From an uncultured delta proteobacterium (GTDB lineage: Bacteria > Myxococcota_A > UBA9160 > SMWR01), in NCBI GenBank assembly GCA_963832165.1, contig CAWHTE010000003.1, positions 128,001-192,000 on the forward strand: a stretch of DNA of 64,000 nucleotides. The letters are read 5' to 3'. Numbering within the stretch: the stretch's first letter is position 1; every line of letters begins with the position of its first letter. The position numbers and the translations under genes were made by a program. Under the pieces are notes generated by a model that was not told where the DNA came from, searched no databases, and saw only the letters and a program-made list of their open reading frames with translations. Shown here in pieces: positions 11,878 through 22,207 of this stretch.

Positions 11878-13118
11878 GCTCGTTCCCGGTGGGTGCCGCC
11901 GTTGGCGACGCCCGTGATGAGACGCTCGAACCGATCCGTGATCGCGTCGATGTCGAAGTTCTGCTCCGCGTATGCCCTGGCATTGCTGCCGAAGCGGTCG
12001 CGCAAGCCGGCATCGTCGAGCAGCTTGGAGGCCCCGTTCAGGAACTCCGACTCGTTGCCGGCTTCACAGACGATGCCGGATCCGCAGCCTATCACGATCC
12101 GTGCCGCGAGGTTCTTCGAAGGGGCCGAGAGCAGGAGGGGCCTCCCCGCGCAGTGGTAGGAGAGGGTCTTGGACGGGACCGAGTAGGCCCCCGCGGACGC
12201 CTCCAGGAGTACCACCAGCACGTCGGCCGCCGCCATCATCGCGGGTACTTCGTCATAAGGCTGGAAGGGGATGAGGTGCAAATTCGGGACGGGATGGCTG
12301 GCCTTCTGCGCCGCGAGCCAGTCCGCGCCGAGGCCTTCCGAGACCACGACGACCGCGACGTCGGGGAAGCGCCGGGCCAGCGCCAGGAGCCGCCCGGGGT
12401 CGTGCTTGTAGCCCAGCGTGCCCGAGTAGAGGAAGACGAACTGGTCCCCGAGCCCCTGCTTGGCCCGCCAGGCGTTCTCGCGCGGGAGCTGGGGCCAGTC
12501 CTTCAGTGGGGCCCAGTTGGGGATCACCGTGACCCGGCTCTGCGGCAGCCCGGCAAAGGCGAGCTCGCCCACGAAGTCGTCCGCGATGGCGACCACGTGC
12601 CGGCTGCGCCGCCACACGCGCCGCTCGACGCGCGCGATCCCGCCCGAGACGACCGCCGCGAGCGCCTTCGAGCGCTGGGACAGCGCCGCGGACACCGCGC
12701 GGAAGTAGACGTCCTGGAGCCAGTGGATGTAGGCGATGCCGAGCCTTTCGCAGGCCGCGCTCACGCGGTGGGCCATCGCGATCGACATGTTCGAGGACAA
12801 GAGCACCTGCGGTCGCTGCGCGCGCAGCTCTGCGATGAGCAGGTCGGCATAGCGCCGCTCTGCGATCAGCCGGTGCACTGCCGCGTACTTCGGAAACGGC
12901 CGGCCCCGCTCGATCGCGATCAGGCGAAACGTGTCGGGATCGTCCGGCAAGCGATCGAGCGGGCCTTTGGGGGACTGGAACTCGGACAGGTGGCTGTGCG
13001 TGACGTGGTAGCCGCGCTTCGCGAGTGAGCGCGACAGCTGCACCTGGAGCGGATGGCCCGAGGAGTCGTGAACCCAGAGGTGTCGATCTCCGGCCGACGA
13101 AGCGATCGCCGTGTCCAT
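11874..13118 (-). CDS. Glycosyltransferase family 4 (WcaI-like)
   Basis: HWLQDVY, VIPNWA, FLYSGTLGYKH and SVPSK motifs. Confidence 0.85.
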   Translation of the reverse strand: MDTAIASSAGDRHLWVHDSSGHPLQVQLSRSLAKRGYHVTHSHLSEFQSPKGPLDRLPDDPDTFRLIAIERGRPFPKYAAVHRLIAERRYADLLIAELRAQRPQVLLSSNMSIAMAHRVSAACERLGIAYIHWLQDVYFRAVSAALSQRSKALAAVVSGGIARVERRVWRRSRHVVAIADDFVGELAFAGLPQSRVTVIPNWAPLKDWPQLPRENAWRAKQGLGDQFVFLYSGTLGYKHDPGRLLALARRFPDVAVVVVSEGLGADWLAAQKASHPVPNLHLIPFQPYDEVPAMMAAADVLVVLLEASAGAYSVPSKTLSYHCAGRPLLLSAPSKNLAARIVIGCGSGIVCEAGNESEFLNGASKLLDDAGLRDRFGSNARAYAEQNFDIDAITDRFERLITGVANGGTHRERA

Positions 13119-13122
13119 GCGT

Positions 13123-13992
13123 TCACGATCCCCGGAGATAGGGATTCCCGAGCGTCCGACCCGAGCGCTCGCCGATTCGGGCGACCCGGAACGGGTGGTC
13201 GAAGATGTGCGCGATGAACATGCAGTCGATCCAGCGCGCGCTCTTGAAGATCCGCTCGTTGCGCAGGAAGTTGTACGGGACGATCTTGCGTTGGTCGTGC
13301 GAGCGATTGAAGTCCTCGATCGCGAGCAGCGCACCCGCGTACGGGTTGTGCCAATCGGACCAGACGTCGTCGAAATAACAGGTCACCTTCGGGAGGTACT
13401 GATTCGGGTCGCCCTGGAACAGGCCCAGCGCTTCGAGCGTGCTCCAGTAGTAGTCGAGGTCGAACGAGACGAAGCCGATCGGCGAGCGGACCTCGCTCAC
13501 GAATGCGGGCACCGTCTCGGCGACGTCGCCGAACAGGATCCGGGCGTTCGGCGGCAGGCGATCCGCGAGCTCCTGCGGGTCGGTCGACGGATAGTCGCCG
13601 AGGCTGTAGAGCTCGGGGTGGTCGCGCCAATCGCGCGGCGGCGGCAGGCCGGTGCCGCTGTCGAATCCGATGATGTCGAAGCCGACGCCGGTGACGCGTT
13701 CGACTTGCGCAGCGATCTCACAGAGGTTGAGCAGGCCCGCACCCGACGCGACGCCGAACTCGACCGCCGAGATCCGTTTGGCGCCAGTCTCGACGGCGAG
13801 ATCCGCTGCCGCCAGCAGGCCGAAGGCGTGCTGTTGGCGCACGACGAGATCGAAGGCCACCTTCGATCGGAAGCCGCCGAACAGACCCACGGCGAGCGAG
13901 ACGAGGTTCAGGTGCAGCGGCTCGGGCAGCCGCTCGAGGGCGATTCTCCGCCACACCCTCCTCTCCGTGAGTTTCTTTACGAGATACCGCAT
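13123..13992 (-). CDS. Conserved hypothetical protein, TylF-like methyltransferase fold
   Basis: VEFGVASG, GFDSGTGLP, LFGDVAETVP, SFDLDYYWST and YFDD parallel the TylF/NovP motifs. Confidence 0.65.
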   Translation of the reverse strand: MRYLVKKLTERRVWRRIALERLPEPLHLNLVSLAVGLFGGFRSKVAFDLVVRQQHAFGLLAAADLAVETGAKRISAVEFGVASGAGLLNLCEIAAQVERVTGVGFDIIGFDSGTGLPPPRDWRDHPELYSLGDYPSTDPQELADRLPPNARILFGDVAETVPAFVSEVRSPIGFVSFDLDYYWSTLEALGLFQGDPNQYLPKVTCYFDDVWSDWHNPYAGALLAIEDFNRSHDQRKIVPYNFLRNERIFKSARWIDCMFIAHIFDHPFRVARIGERSGRTLGNPYLRGS

Positions 13993-14162
13993 GCGATGAT
14001 GGGAGCCTCTTCGCCTTGGACGCCGCGCCCTTCCGGGCGCCGCGCCGTTCCATTCGAGAGCCTGAACGTAAGCTCCCCCATCATAAACGGAATTCGCCTC
14101 GGCTGTGCACCGGATTCGCGGTTTCACAGGCCGGTCGGGCCCCGAAACGCGCGCTACGCAGT

Positions 14163-15374
14163 ATGCGAGTCCTCCAGGTCCACAATTTCTACCGCTCGGG
14201 CACGCCGAGCGGCGAGAACCGCGTCGTCGAGCGCGAATCGGCCCTGCTCGCGCAGGCCGGGCACGAGGTGCAGCTGTTCTCCCGGCACAACGACGAGTTC
14301 GAGCAGCGCCCGTTTGCGATCGGCGCCGAGGCTTCGCTGCTCGAGCCCTGGAACTACTGGGAGCATGCGCGCTTCCTGCAGCGTGTTGCCGGCTGGAGAC
14401 CGGACGTGGTGCACTTCCATAACACCTTCCCTCTGATCACGGCGGCCGCGGTGCACGCCGCGCGCGACGCGCAGCTGCCCCGGGTGTGGACGGTGCACAA
14501 CTATCGCCCCTGGTGCGCCTCCGCGGACACCTTCCGCGACGGCCGCACGTGCACCCTGTGCCTCGACCAGAGCTCCGTGCTGCCCGCGCTGCGCTACGGG
14601 TGCTATCGGAACAGCCGGTCGCTGACGTTCCCGGTGGCGATGTCGATCGCGCTCCACCGCAGGCGGCAGACCTGGACCCGGGGCTTCCACAAGGTGATCA
14701 CGCTGAGCCGCTTCCAGGCCGAGCGGGTGGCCGCGCTCGGCATCCCCGAGGAGCGACTCACGGTCGTTCCGCATTGCACCGAGGACCGCGGCTTCCTGCC
14801 CTGGGAGCAGCGCGAGCGCGCGATCGTCTACCTGGGCCGACTGGCGCCCGAGAAGGGCGTCACGACGCTGCTGGAGGCCTATGCGAAGCTGCACAGGCCG
14901 CGCCCCCGGCTCGAGATCGCGGGCGATGGTCCGCTGCGCAGCCAGCTCGAAGAAACCTGCCGGAGCCAGTCGCTCGGCGCCGATGTGCGCTTTCACGGGG
15001 TCCTCTCCTCGAGCGACGCGCGTTCGCTGCTCGCGCGGAGCCGGCTCTTCGTTATGCCGTCCGAGTGGCGCGAGACGTTCGGTCTCGGGATCATCGAGGC
15101 GTTCTCGCACGGGGTGCCCGTGATCGCGTCGCGGATCGCAGGGTTGTCGGAGCTCGTGGAATCGGGAGTCACCGGGCATCTGTTCACTCCCGGAGACGTG
15201 GGCAACCTCGCACAGGTTCTCGCGACCACCACGGCGGACGAGGCGAAGCTGCGCGCCATGGCGGGCAACGCGCGCGCGACCTACGAAGAGCATTATTCGA
15301 CCGCGGCCGGCTTGCGGCGGCTCGAGGCGGTGTACAGCGAAGCGATCAAGGTCGCTTCGACGGATGCCGCCTGA
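14163..15374 (+). CDS. Glycosyltransferase family 4
   Basis: MRVLQVHNFY, VHFHNTFP, YLGRLAPEKG and PSEWRETFGLGIIEA. Confidence 0.9.
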   Translation: MRVLQVHNFYRSGTPSGENRVVERESALLAQAGHEVQLFSRHNDEFEQRPFAIGAEASLLEPWNYWEHARFLQRVAGWRPDVVHFHNTFPLITAAAVHAARDAQLPRVWTVHNYRPWCASADTFRDGRTCTLCLDQSSVLPALRYGCYRNSRSLTFPVAMSIALHRRRQTWTRGFHKVITLSRFQAERVAALGIPEERLTVVPHCTEDRGFLPWEQRERAIVYLGRLAPEKGVTTLLEAYAKLHRPRPRLEIAGDGPLRSQLEETCRSQSLGADVRFHGVLSSSDARSLLARSRLFVMPSEWRETFGLGIIEAFSHGVPVIASRIAGLSELVESGVTGHLFTPGDVGNLAQVLATTTADEAKLRAMAGNARATYEEHYSTAAGLRRLEAVYSEAIKVASTDAA

Positions 15375-16703
15375 TGCAGGCGGATCGCACGCGCGAGTTC
15401 GGAATCCCGATCAGCTTCGTGCTCTTGTGTGCGGGTGCGTTCTTCACGCCGTGCACCCTGTGGATGGTGGTCCACGGCGCGTTGTCCTATGCCGACGCGT
15501 TCTTCCTCGCGAGCGCCGTCGTCTTCGCGATCTCCCACGCGCTGCGCGCTCGGCCGGTTCCGTTCTCGCTCTTGATGGTCGTCACCGCGGTGCTGCTCTT
15601 GATCGTGAGCCTGCTCAGTTGGATCGAGTTCGACGATCGGGCCAGCGTCACCGAATGCCTGAAGCTGATCGCCGCGATCGCGATCATTCCGATGGTCATG
15701 GCCTGGTCGCTCTCGCTCGTGGATCTGCGGTCGACCCGATATCTGCTGCTCTTGTGGGTGCTGGGCGCGTCGCTCTCGGCCCTGGTTGCGGTCGGGGGGC
15801 GGCACGGCTTTGCGCCGTTCGGATTGGTCGATGAGGGCGTCGGTTGGCGCCTGTACGGGCTGACCTATCACCCGAACTCGATGGGGTACTGCTCCGCGCT
15901 GGCAGCTCTCGCCGCGATCTATCTGCTGCTGACGACCCGGCTGATGGTGGTGCGAGGCGCATACCTCGGGTTGCTCGCGTTGCTCCTGTATTCGGTCCAG
16001 CTCTCGGGGGCGCGCGCTTCGCTCGGAGCCACGGCGGTGTCGCTGGTTCCGTTCGTACTCCATTTCATCACGCACGTGCACGAGCGGCGCGTTCGCGTCG
16101 TCCTGGCGGTCGGCGCAGCCAGTTGCGCCGCCCTGACGATCGCGTTCGCGGCCGGGGATCTCGCATCCAATCTCATGAATCCCGACGGAGCGATCGCGAG
16201 GCTCTTCTCGGGTAACGAATCGGTCGACCAATCCGACTATGTTCGCGACCAGATCAAGGCGCATTCGTGGGCCGGGTTCCAAGATCTCTCCGGTCATCGG
16301 ACAGGGATTCCAACACATGCGCCTCGCGCACAACTACTTCCTGCAGGTGCTCCACGCGGGCGGATTCGTCGCGCTGGGGATCTTCGGCATGTGGATCATC
16401 GGCCTGGGATATCTCTACGCCAGCCACTTCCGCCGCGAGTATCTGCTGACGAACGATCCCGATCGGCAGCTGCTCTGGGTGACGATGACTTCCCTGATCC
16501 TGTGCTTTGCGGTGCACGGATACGCGCAGACGTTCATAACCGACCGCAACGGATACCTGTGGGTGGGGATCCTGCTTGCGTACGGCATGCGAATGCAGCA
16601 GATCAGTCTGGATCGGTCTGCGTCACCCGTCGAAACAACGCCTGCTTTGCGCGCGAGATCGCAAACTGCCAGCTCCGCGGCAGGCGCCGCAGCACGGCGT
16701 TGA
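15374..16703 (+). CDS. O-antigen ligase/polymerase family membrane protein, frameshift near 16280
   Basis: Many TM helices, RLYGLTYHPN and LSGARAS, then IGQGF...AHNYFLQVLHAGG in the shifted frame. Confidence 0.8.
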
Positions 16704-17553
16704 CCGCGTTCTTCCCCTCCAGCTCTTCCAGGGGCCACGGGGTCTGCGCGCGGTACGCGCGATACACGCCTGCCAATGGGTGCAGGCTGCGGTAGTACCA
16801 CGGCTTGACGTCGACGGTGCCGTTGAACTGGACCACGGCGGGCGAAGTGCGCGCCTCCTCCCGGCAGAGCATCGAGTAGCCGTCGCTGTCGTCGTCGGGC
16901 TCGAGCCACAGATGGGCGAGCGCGTTCCACTTCGGGTGCACTTTCAGCCAGCGATCGCGCGCGGCGAGGTTCAGCGTATCCTGATCGGGCCAGACCAGAT
17001 CCTGCGCGGCCTCCTCGGCGAAGTGCAGGACGCTCTCCGTGAAGCGCTCGCGCCGCATCACCTCGAGATCCATTAGCAGTACGCCCGAGTTGAAATAGCC
17101 TCCGCGCACGTCGAGCCCGAGCCGGACGAGGTTCAGGTCGCTCGAGGACACCTTCTGCGCGATCGCCGCGAGAAAGTCGTCCTTCGCGAGTGGAGCGGAA
17201 TAGAGCGGGGCGAGGCTCTGGAGCACGACGCTGTCGGCGTCGAGATACAGCGCCCGTTCCTGGTCGACGAGCGACGGGAAGAAGATCCGATACCAGATCG
17301 CGCGATGATAGGAGCGGCCCGGGGGCACGCGTGCGCTGTCCGAATCGGAGAGCCGATACACGCGCAGCTCGATGCCGAGCCGTTCGAGGAAGCTCTCGAG
17401 CGTTGCCGACACGTCGGAGCTCAGGTCTCCGTCGTGGAGGACGTGCGCGACCACGCGCTCCGCGCCCTTCGCGGCGGCCAGTGACGCCGCGAGCACCGCG
17501 AAATGCGGCGCATAGCCGTCGTCGAACGTACAGGCGAGATGGATGTCCGACAT
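16603..17553 (-). CDS. Glycosyltransferase family 8
   Basis: LACTFDDGY, LYLDAD (DxD), YFNSGVLLMDL, DQDTLN, KWNA and KPW. Confidence 0.9.
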   Translation of the reverse strand: MSDIHLACTFDDGYAPHFAVLAASLAAAKGAERVVAHVLHDGDLSSDVSATLESFLERLGIELRVYRLSDSDSARVPPGRSYHRAIWYRIFFPSLVDQERALYLDADSVVLQSLAPLYSAPLAKDDFLAAIAQKVSSSDLNLVRLGLDVRGGYFNSGVLLMDLEVMRRERFTESVLHFAEEAAQDLVWPDQDTLNLAARDRWLKVHPKWNALAHLWLEPDDDSDGYSMLCREEARTSPAVVQFNGTVDVKPWYYRSLHPLAGVYRAYRAQTPWPLEELEGKNAVNAVLRRLPRSWQFAISRAKQALFRRVTQTDPD

Positions 17554-17558
17554 CGAGC

Positions 17559-18386
17559 TCAGTGCCGGGCGGACTGGCTGCGGAACTCCTTCACGACGGC
17601 ATCGGGAATCGCGGCGCTTCGCGTGCGCAGCGCGACCGTGTCCCGGTCGTCGGAGAAGCACTCGTATCCCTTGTCCGCGAGCATGGCCTCGCATGCGCTC
17701 CGGTCGGCCGGGGAGAGATGCGGGTGCTCGTAGATCAGCAGCGGAATCGACCAGCGGTCGAAGTCGATCATCTTGAGGATCTCGAAGTCGTAGCCTTCCG
17801 TGTCGATGTTCAGGACGTCGATCCGCTGCACGCCGTGTTTGCGGGTCAGCGAGTCGAAGCTCAGCGTCTTGACGTCCGTGGTGATGACGCGGTCCTTGAT
17901 GTCGGGAATCAGGTGGTCGTGTTTGAGAACGACCTCGAGCCGGAACGAGCCCAGCGCGTCGTAGAGCCTCGGCAGCTTCTCGCCGGGGGTCGCTTGCCGA
18001 AGGTGGTGGAAGGGCAGGGTGCCGTCGCGGTCTGCGATCGCGACGTTCTCGAGGACGACGCCGGGGACCGTCCCGAAGTTCTTCTGCAGGCGCGCGAACA
18101 CGTAGGGCACCGGCTCGATCATGATGCCGCGCCAATGGTCGTTCAGAATCGAGTAGCGCAGCGGATCCAGCTGGTCCCCGTCGTTCGAGCCGATCTGCAC
18201 GAAGAACACCTCGGGGACGCTCTTCGCGAAGGCCCTCACCACGAGCTCGATCGGATCGTTGTTGAGAACGAACCGGCGGCTCACCGATCGCAGCGCGCGG
18301 AACGCCGCGGAGTCCGCCGGCACGAGCGGTCGGACGAGCGGCAAAACCCGCGCAGCGAGGGCCCTGAGGCTCATGTTGGATGTCAT
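17559..18386 (-). CDS. FkbM family methyltransferase
   Basis: FVQIGSNDG, MIEPVP and IDVLNIDTEGYDFEILK. Paralogue of 2632-3418. Confidence 0.9.
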   Translation of the reverse strand: MTSNMSLRALAARVLPLVRPLVPADSAAFRALRSVSRRFVLNNDPIELVVRAFAKSVPEVFFVQIGSNDGDQLDPLRYSILNDHWRGIMIEPVPYVFARLQKNFGTVPGVVLENVAIADRDGTLPFHHLRQATPGEKLPRLYDALGSFRLEVVLKHDHLIPDIKDRVITTDVKTLSFDSLTRKHGVQRIDVLNIDTEGYDFEILKMIDFDRWSIPLLIYEHPHLSPADRSACEAMLADKGYECFSDDRDTVALRTRSAAIPDAVVKEFRSQSARH

Positions 18387-18930
18387 CGCTCCACCATCGG
18401 AAAGTGCCGCTTCAAGGGTCCGATCTTCTGCTCAATGAACAGGTAGGAAAAGTGGCCGATCAGGATGGCAGACGCGACGCAGATTGTGTGGACAATGTTT
18501 TCGAAGACGGGGAAGCGTCTGCCGAGCGTCAGCACGATGAGGAAGGCCAGCCCGTGGAGCATGTAGATCGAGTAGCTGCGGTCGCCGATCCAGGTCATGA
18601 GCGGGTGTGAGAGGCCCTCCCGAATCACGCGCAGCCGCCCACTGCGGAGCAAGCCGATCAGGCCGAATGAGGCCAATGCGAAGCCGAACACATTCCATCG
18701 CCAGCTTCCGTAGGTGAGGAGGTCCTCGTCGAGCATGGCCAGAATCGAGCCCAGGGCGAGGCCGTCGACGCGGCTGCCGAGCAGGACGACCGAGTGGTTC
18801 GGATCGCGCGTGTAGACACCCAGGATCACCGAAGGCCAATAGGTGGTTGCGCGACGGCGCGAAGCCCATCCAGCTCGCGCCAGCGAGCTTCGGATAGGGG
18901 AGTGCTGTCGCGGTCGGTGCGGGGCAGCAT
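18383..18930 (-). pseudogene. Acyltransferase-3 (OafA-like) remnant with a large internal deletion
   Basis: ATG 18930 gives MLPRTD...RELDGLRAVA and then a stop. The frame-shifted tail has SRVDGLALG, WIGDRSYSIYMLH and SYLFIEQK. Confidence 0.75.
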
Positions 18931-18952
18931 CGTACGATGCCGCGCACGACGG

Positions 18953-19909
18953 TCAAAGCATTATTCCGCGCACTCTGATCGCAGCGGCGCTCTTCAGCCG
19001 CGCCGCGACCTTCTCGGGCTCGCGCAGGTAGAGCGTGTTGTAGCCCTCGCGATTGGGGCGACCCCCGAGATCGCGAAGTTGCCTGCGCATGGGGTCGTAG
19101 TCGTAGCTGGAAAAGCCGTGTTCCAGCATTCGTTCGTGGGGGCCTGCAGGCGTTCCGAAGCGCGCGCCCAGACCGAACGCGTCCTCGACCAGCACCGCGA
19201 GAACGGACGGCCTAACGAGCGTTTGCGCTGCACCCGCGATCACGCGCGATTCGTAGCCCTCGGCGTCGACCTTGATCATGGTCGCGTCGCGCCCCGCGAG
19301 CGCGTGGTCGATCGTGGTCTGATCGAGCGTTAGCGACGCCTGCGCTTCGCTCCCGTCCTCGACGACGTGGTTCAGGTCGCGCAGGCCGGCCGTGAATCGC
19401 ACACGGCCCTCGCGGTCCCCCACGACCGCGCCGAACACCGAGACGCGGTCTTCCAGGTGGTTCAGCCGGACGTTGTCCACCAGCGCGGCGTTCGTGACCG
19501 GATCGGGTTCGAACGACAGGGTGTGCGCGCCCGCGGCACCGCTCGCGAGCAGCGTGTAGGTCCCATAACACGCACCTACGTCCACGAACACGTCGCCAGG
19601 CCTCAGGAAGTGCGCACAGAACGCCATGTCCGAGAATTCCTGGAGGCCCATGTGCACCACGCCGGTAGCGCCCCACATCCCCGTTCCGATGTACATGCGC
19701 AGCTGATTCACGAACGGGTAGACGACGGGCTGGCTCAGTAGCCGGCTACCGACATGCCACGAGAAGAAGCGCCACGCGGTCTGCCAGAAGTGCTCGCGGT
19801 TCAGCGGATGCCGAAAGGTCGCGGCGAAGAAGTGGCGCAGATAGGCCGCGCGCTGCCGAAACGTGGGTGCCGACACTCGGCGCCTAGATTGCGCCAGCCA
19901 CGGGGGCAA
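18953..19909 (-). CDS. FkbM family methyltransferase
   Basis: HPLNR, FVDVGACYG, LSFEP and IKVDAEGYE. Paralogue of 9966-10874. Start uncertain. Confidence 0.88.
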   Translation of the reverse strand: MPPWLAQSRRRVSAPTFRQRAAYLRHFFAATFRHPLNREHFWQTAWRFFSWHVGSRLLSQPVVYPFVNQLRMYIGTGMWGATGVVHMGLQEFSDMAFCAHFLRPGDVFVDVGACYGTYTLLASGAAGAHTLSFEPDPVTNAALVDNVRLNHLEDRVSVFGAVVGDREGRVRFTAGLRDLNHVVEDGSEAQASLTLDQTTIDHALAGRDATMIKVDAEGYESRVIAGAAQTLVRPSVLAVLVEDAFGLGARFGTPAGPHERMLEHGFSSYDYDPMRRQLRDLGGRPNREGYNTLYLREPEKVAARLKSAAAIRVRGIML

Positions 19910-20030
19910 CGCTACGCGTCGCGGCGCGCGTTTTCGCGTCTCAGGCCATCGGTCTCTGGTACGCTCGGGCCGCCCTTGAGCCGGTGGTCAGCACTGCTGC
20001 CTACGCCTGCGCGCATCGGCGGCGCGCATC

Positions 20031-21398
20031 ATGAGCATCTACCGACAGTTCTTCTCCGAGAGTCTGGCCCTGCTCTCGGCTCGCGGCCTGATGCTGGCCG
20101 TGCGGATCGGAACGTCGATCCTCGTGGCGCGCGCGCTGGGCCCGGAGCTCTACGGCGAGTTTGCCTACGCGCTCTCGGTCATCTTCATCCTGACCGTGCT
20201 GTGCGGCCTCGGCATGATGCGCCCCGTGCTGCGGCTGTCGGTCGAGCGGCGTTCTGCAGATGACGTCCTGTTCCCGACGGCGCTGATCCTCGCGTTGAGC
20301 GCAACCGCTCTCGCCGTGTCGGGTATCTGGCTCGTCGAAGGTCTGTCGCAGGCCGGACTCGGATTGCTCGCGCTGATGGCCCCGATGCTGATCACCGCCA
20401 CGAGCGATCTGGTCGTGAACTGGCATCAGGGGCAGCAGTCGTATCGCCCGATCGCCCTGCTCCAGGGCAGCGTCTCGCTGCTGACCGCAGTCCTCGTGAT
20501 CGGGCTGTACTTCGCGGGCGCCACGGCGGCCCAGTTCGCGATGGTCATGGTGTTCGACGCCGCGCTGTCCGCGGCGGTCGTGTGGTGGAACCGGCCGCGC
20601 GAGCTCCGGATCCGCGCATCGGCACTCCGGCGCGACTTCGCCCCTAACGTTCGGCGGATCCTCGGCGAAGCCTGGCCGTTCCTGGTCAACGACATGATCT
20701 TCCTCGCGATGGTGCGCGTCGATCAGATCGCCGTGAGCCACCTCGCGGGCAGCGAGGAGATGGCCTTCTACGTCGTGGCGGGACGGCTCACGGAGCTGTC
20801 CGCGTTCGCGCCGAATGTCGTCGCCACCGCGTTCATCCCGGTGCTCGCGCAGCTGCGCACGCGCGGAGACGAATTCACCGAACACGTACTCCGCCAGGTG
20901 TACATCGCAGTGCTGGCCGCGGGGCTCCTCTGTTCGGCGGTGCTCGTGCTGGCGCGCACACCGCTGATCCAGCTGATCTTTGGATCTTCCTACCTGCCCA
21001 GCACGGACATCATCGCGATCCACGCGTGGGCCTGTGCCCCGGCGTTCCTGATCGCTCTGCGCGCCCAGTGGGTGACGCTGCACGGTTACCAGCACCGCTT
21101 CCTGTTGTTCGGCTTCGTCGGTGCGATCGCGCAGATCGCCACGCTGTGGCTGCTCGTGCCGCACTATGGCGGGAGGGGCGCAGCCGTCGCCTACCTGGTC
21201 GGTCTGTGCACCTACCTGTACGTAGCGCCGCTGTTCGGCGGCGCGGCGATCGCGCGCCACACTCGCGTGCTCCTCGGCACGTTCAATGTCCTCCGCTGGC
21301 CGGCTGCGATGCGGACCGTCGCGCGGGTGGTGCGCGGTGGAGCGGGCTCGCTCTTCAGCGCTTCACCCCCAACCGGGCCGAGTAGTCCATCCGCGTGA
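20031..21398 (+). CDS. wzx: Wzx-type oligosaccharide flippase
   Basis: VARALGPELYGEFAYA, about 12 TM segments, RVDQI, LVPHYGGRGAAVA. Confidence 0.85.
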   Translation: MSIYRQFFSESLALLSARGLMLAVRIGTSILVARALGPELYGEFAYALSVIFILTVLCGLGMMRPVLRLSVERRSADDVLFPTALILALSATALAVSGIWLVEGLSQAGLGLLALMAPMLITATSDLVVNWHQGQQSYRPIALLQGSVSLLTAVLVIGLYFAGATAAQFAMVMVFDAALSAAVVWWNRPRELRIRASALRRDFAPNVRRILGEAWPFLVNDMIFLAMVRVDQIAVSHLAGSEEMAFYVVAGRLTELSAFAPNVVATAFIPVLAQLRTRGDEFTEHVLRQVYIAVLAAGLLCSAVLVLARTPLIQLIFGSSYLPSTDIIAIHAWACAPAFLIALRAQWVTLHGYQHRFLLFGFVGAIAQIATLWLLVPHYGGRGAAVAYLVGLCTYLYVAPLFGGAAIARHTRVLLGTFNVLRWPAAMRTVARVVRGGAGSLFSASPPTGPSSPSA

Positions 21399-22161
21399 GC
21401 AGCATCGGCTGGTCGAGCCCGGCCAGATACTCGTCGACCGCCTGCTGGCAGCCCTGGTAGTGACCGTAGTCGTCGATGATCAGGATCCCACCCGACATGA
21501 GCCTCGGAAAGAGATGCTCGAGCTCGTGGCGGGTCGAGGCGTACCAGTCCGTGTCGAGACGCAGCAACGCGATCCGATCCGGCATCGTGCCCGGCAGCGT
21601 CTCCTCGACACGGCCTTCGACATAGGAGATACGCTCGCTCGGATAGCCCGTGCTCGACATCGCGGACCGCACCTGATCCAGGCTCGCACCCGCCCAGCTC
21701 GAGCGATCGTCGCTGATCTTGTGCTGGAGAAAATCCTCCAGCGCCGGTCGCCCGACGAAGTCGACGTCGCGCGCGTCGGGCCGGACCATTCCCTCGAAAG
21801 TGTCGTAGAGGTAGAGCTGCCGCGAAGTGTCGCCGAGCCGCACGAGCGTCCGAGCCACCGCCATCATCGAGCCGCCGCGATAGACGCCGCATTCGGCGAT
21901 CGCCCCCTCGATCCGGTTCTGCACCAGGAACTCCACTGCCCGGACCAGCCCGATGATCCGCTCCTGCGGCGTCATCGTGTAGGGCGCCACTGCGCGCAGC
22001 GTCTCGAGCTCGTGCGGCTGGAAGTCCACGCGCTCGAGCGGCTCGCGCAGCGGAAGGAAGCGCGCGAGCAGGCGCCGCAGCGGCTGCCGGATCGAGGCAG
22101 GCAGGAGCTTGGCAGGGGACGCGACATCTTCCGAGTTCGTGCGCTGCATCGGGGCGCTCAT
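21355..22161 (-). CDS. TylF/MycF/NovP family O-methyltransferase
   Basis: AECGVYRGGS, LYDTFEG, EGRVEETLP, LRLDTDWYAST and IIDDYG. Confidence 0.92.
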   Translation of the reverse strand: MSAPMQRTNSEDVASPAKLLPASIRQPLRRLLARFLPLREPLERVDFQPHELETLRAVAPYTMTPQERIIGLVRAVEFLVQNRIEGAIAECGVYRGGSMMAVARTLVRLGDTSRQLYLYDTFEGMVRPDARDVDFVGRPALEDFLQHKISDDRSSWAGASLDQVRSAMSSTGYPSERISYVEGRVEETLPGTMPDRIALLRLDTDWYASTRHELEHLFPRLMSGGILIIDDYGHYQGCQQAVDEYLAGLDQPMLLTRMDYSARLGVKR

Positions 22162-22207
22162 CGTAACACCACCCCGCAACGCGCAGAAGGGTACTCTGGT
22201 GGGACTC

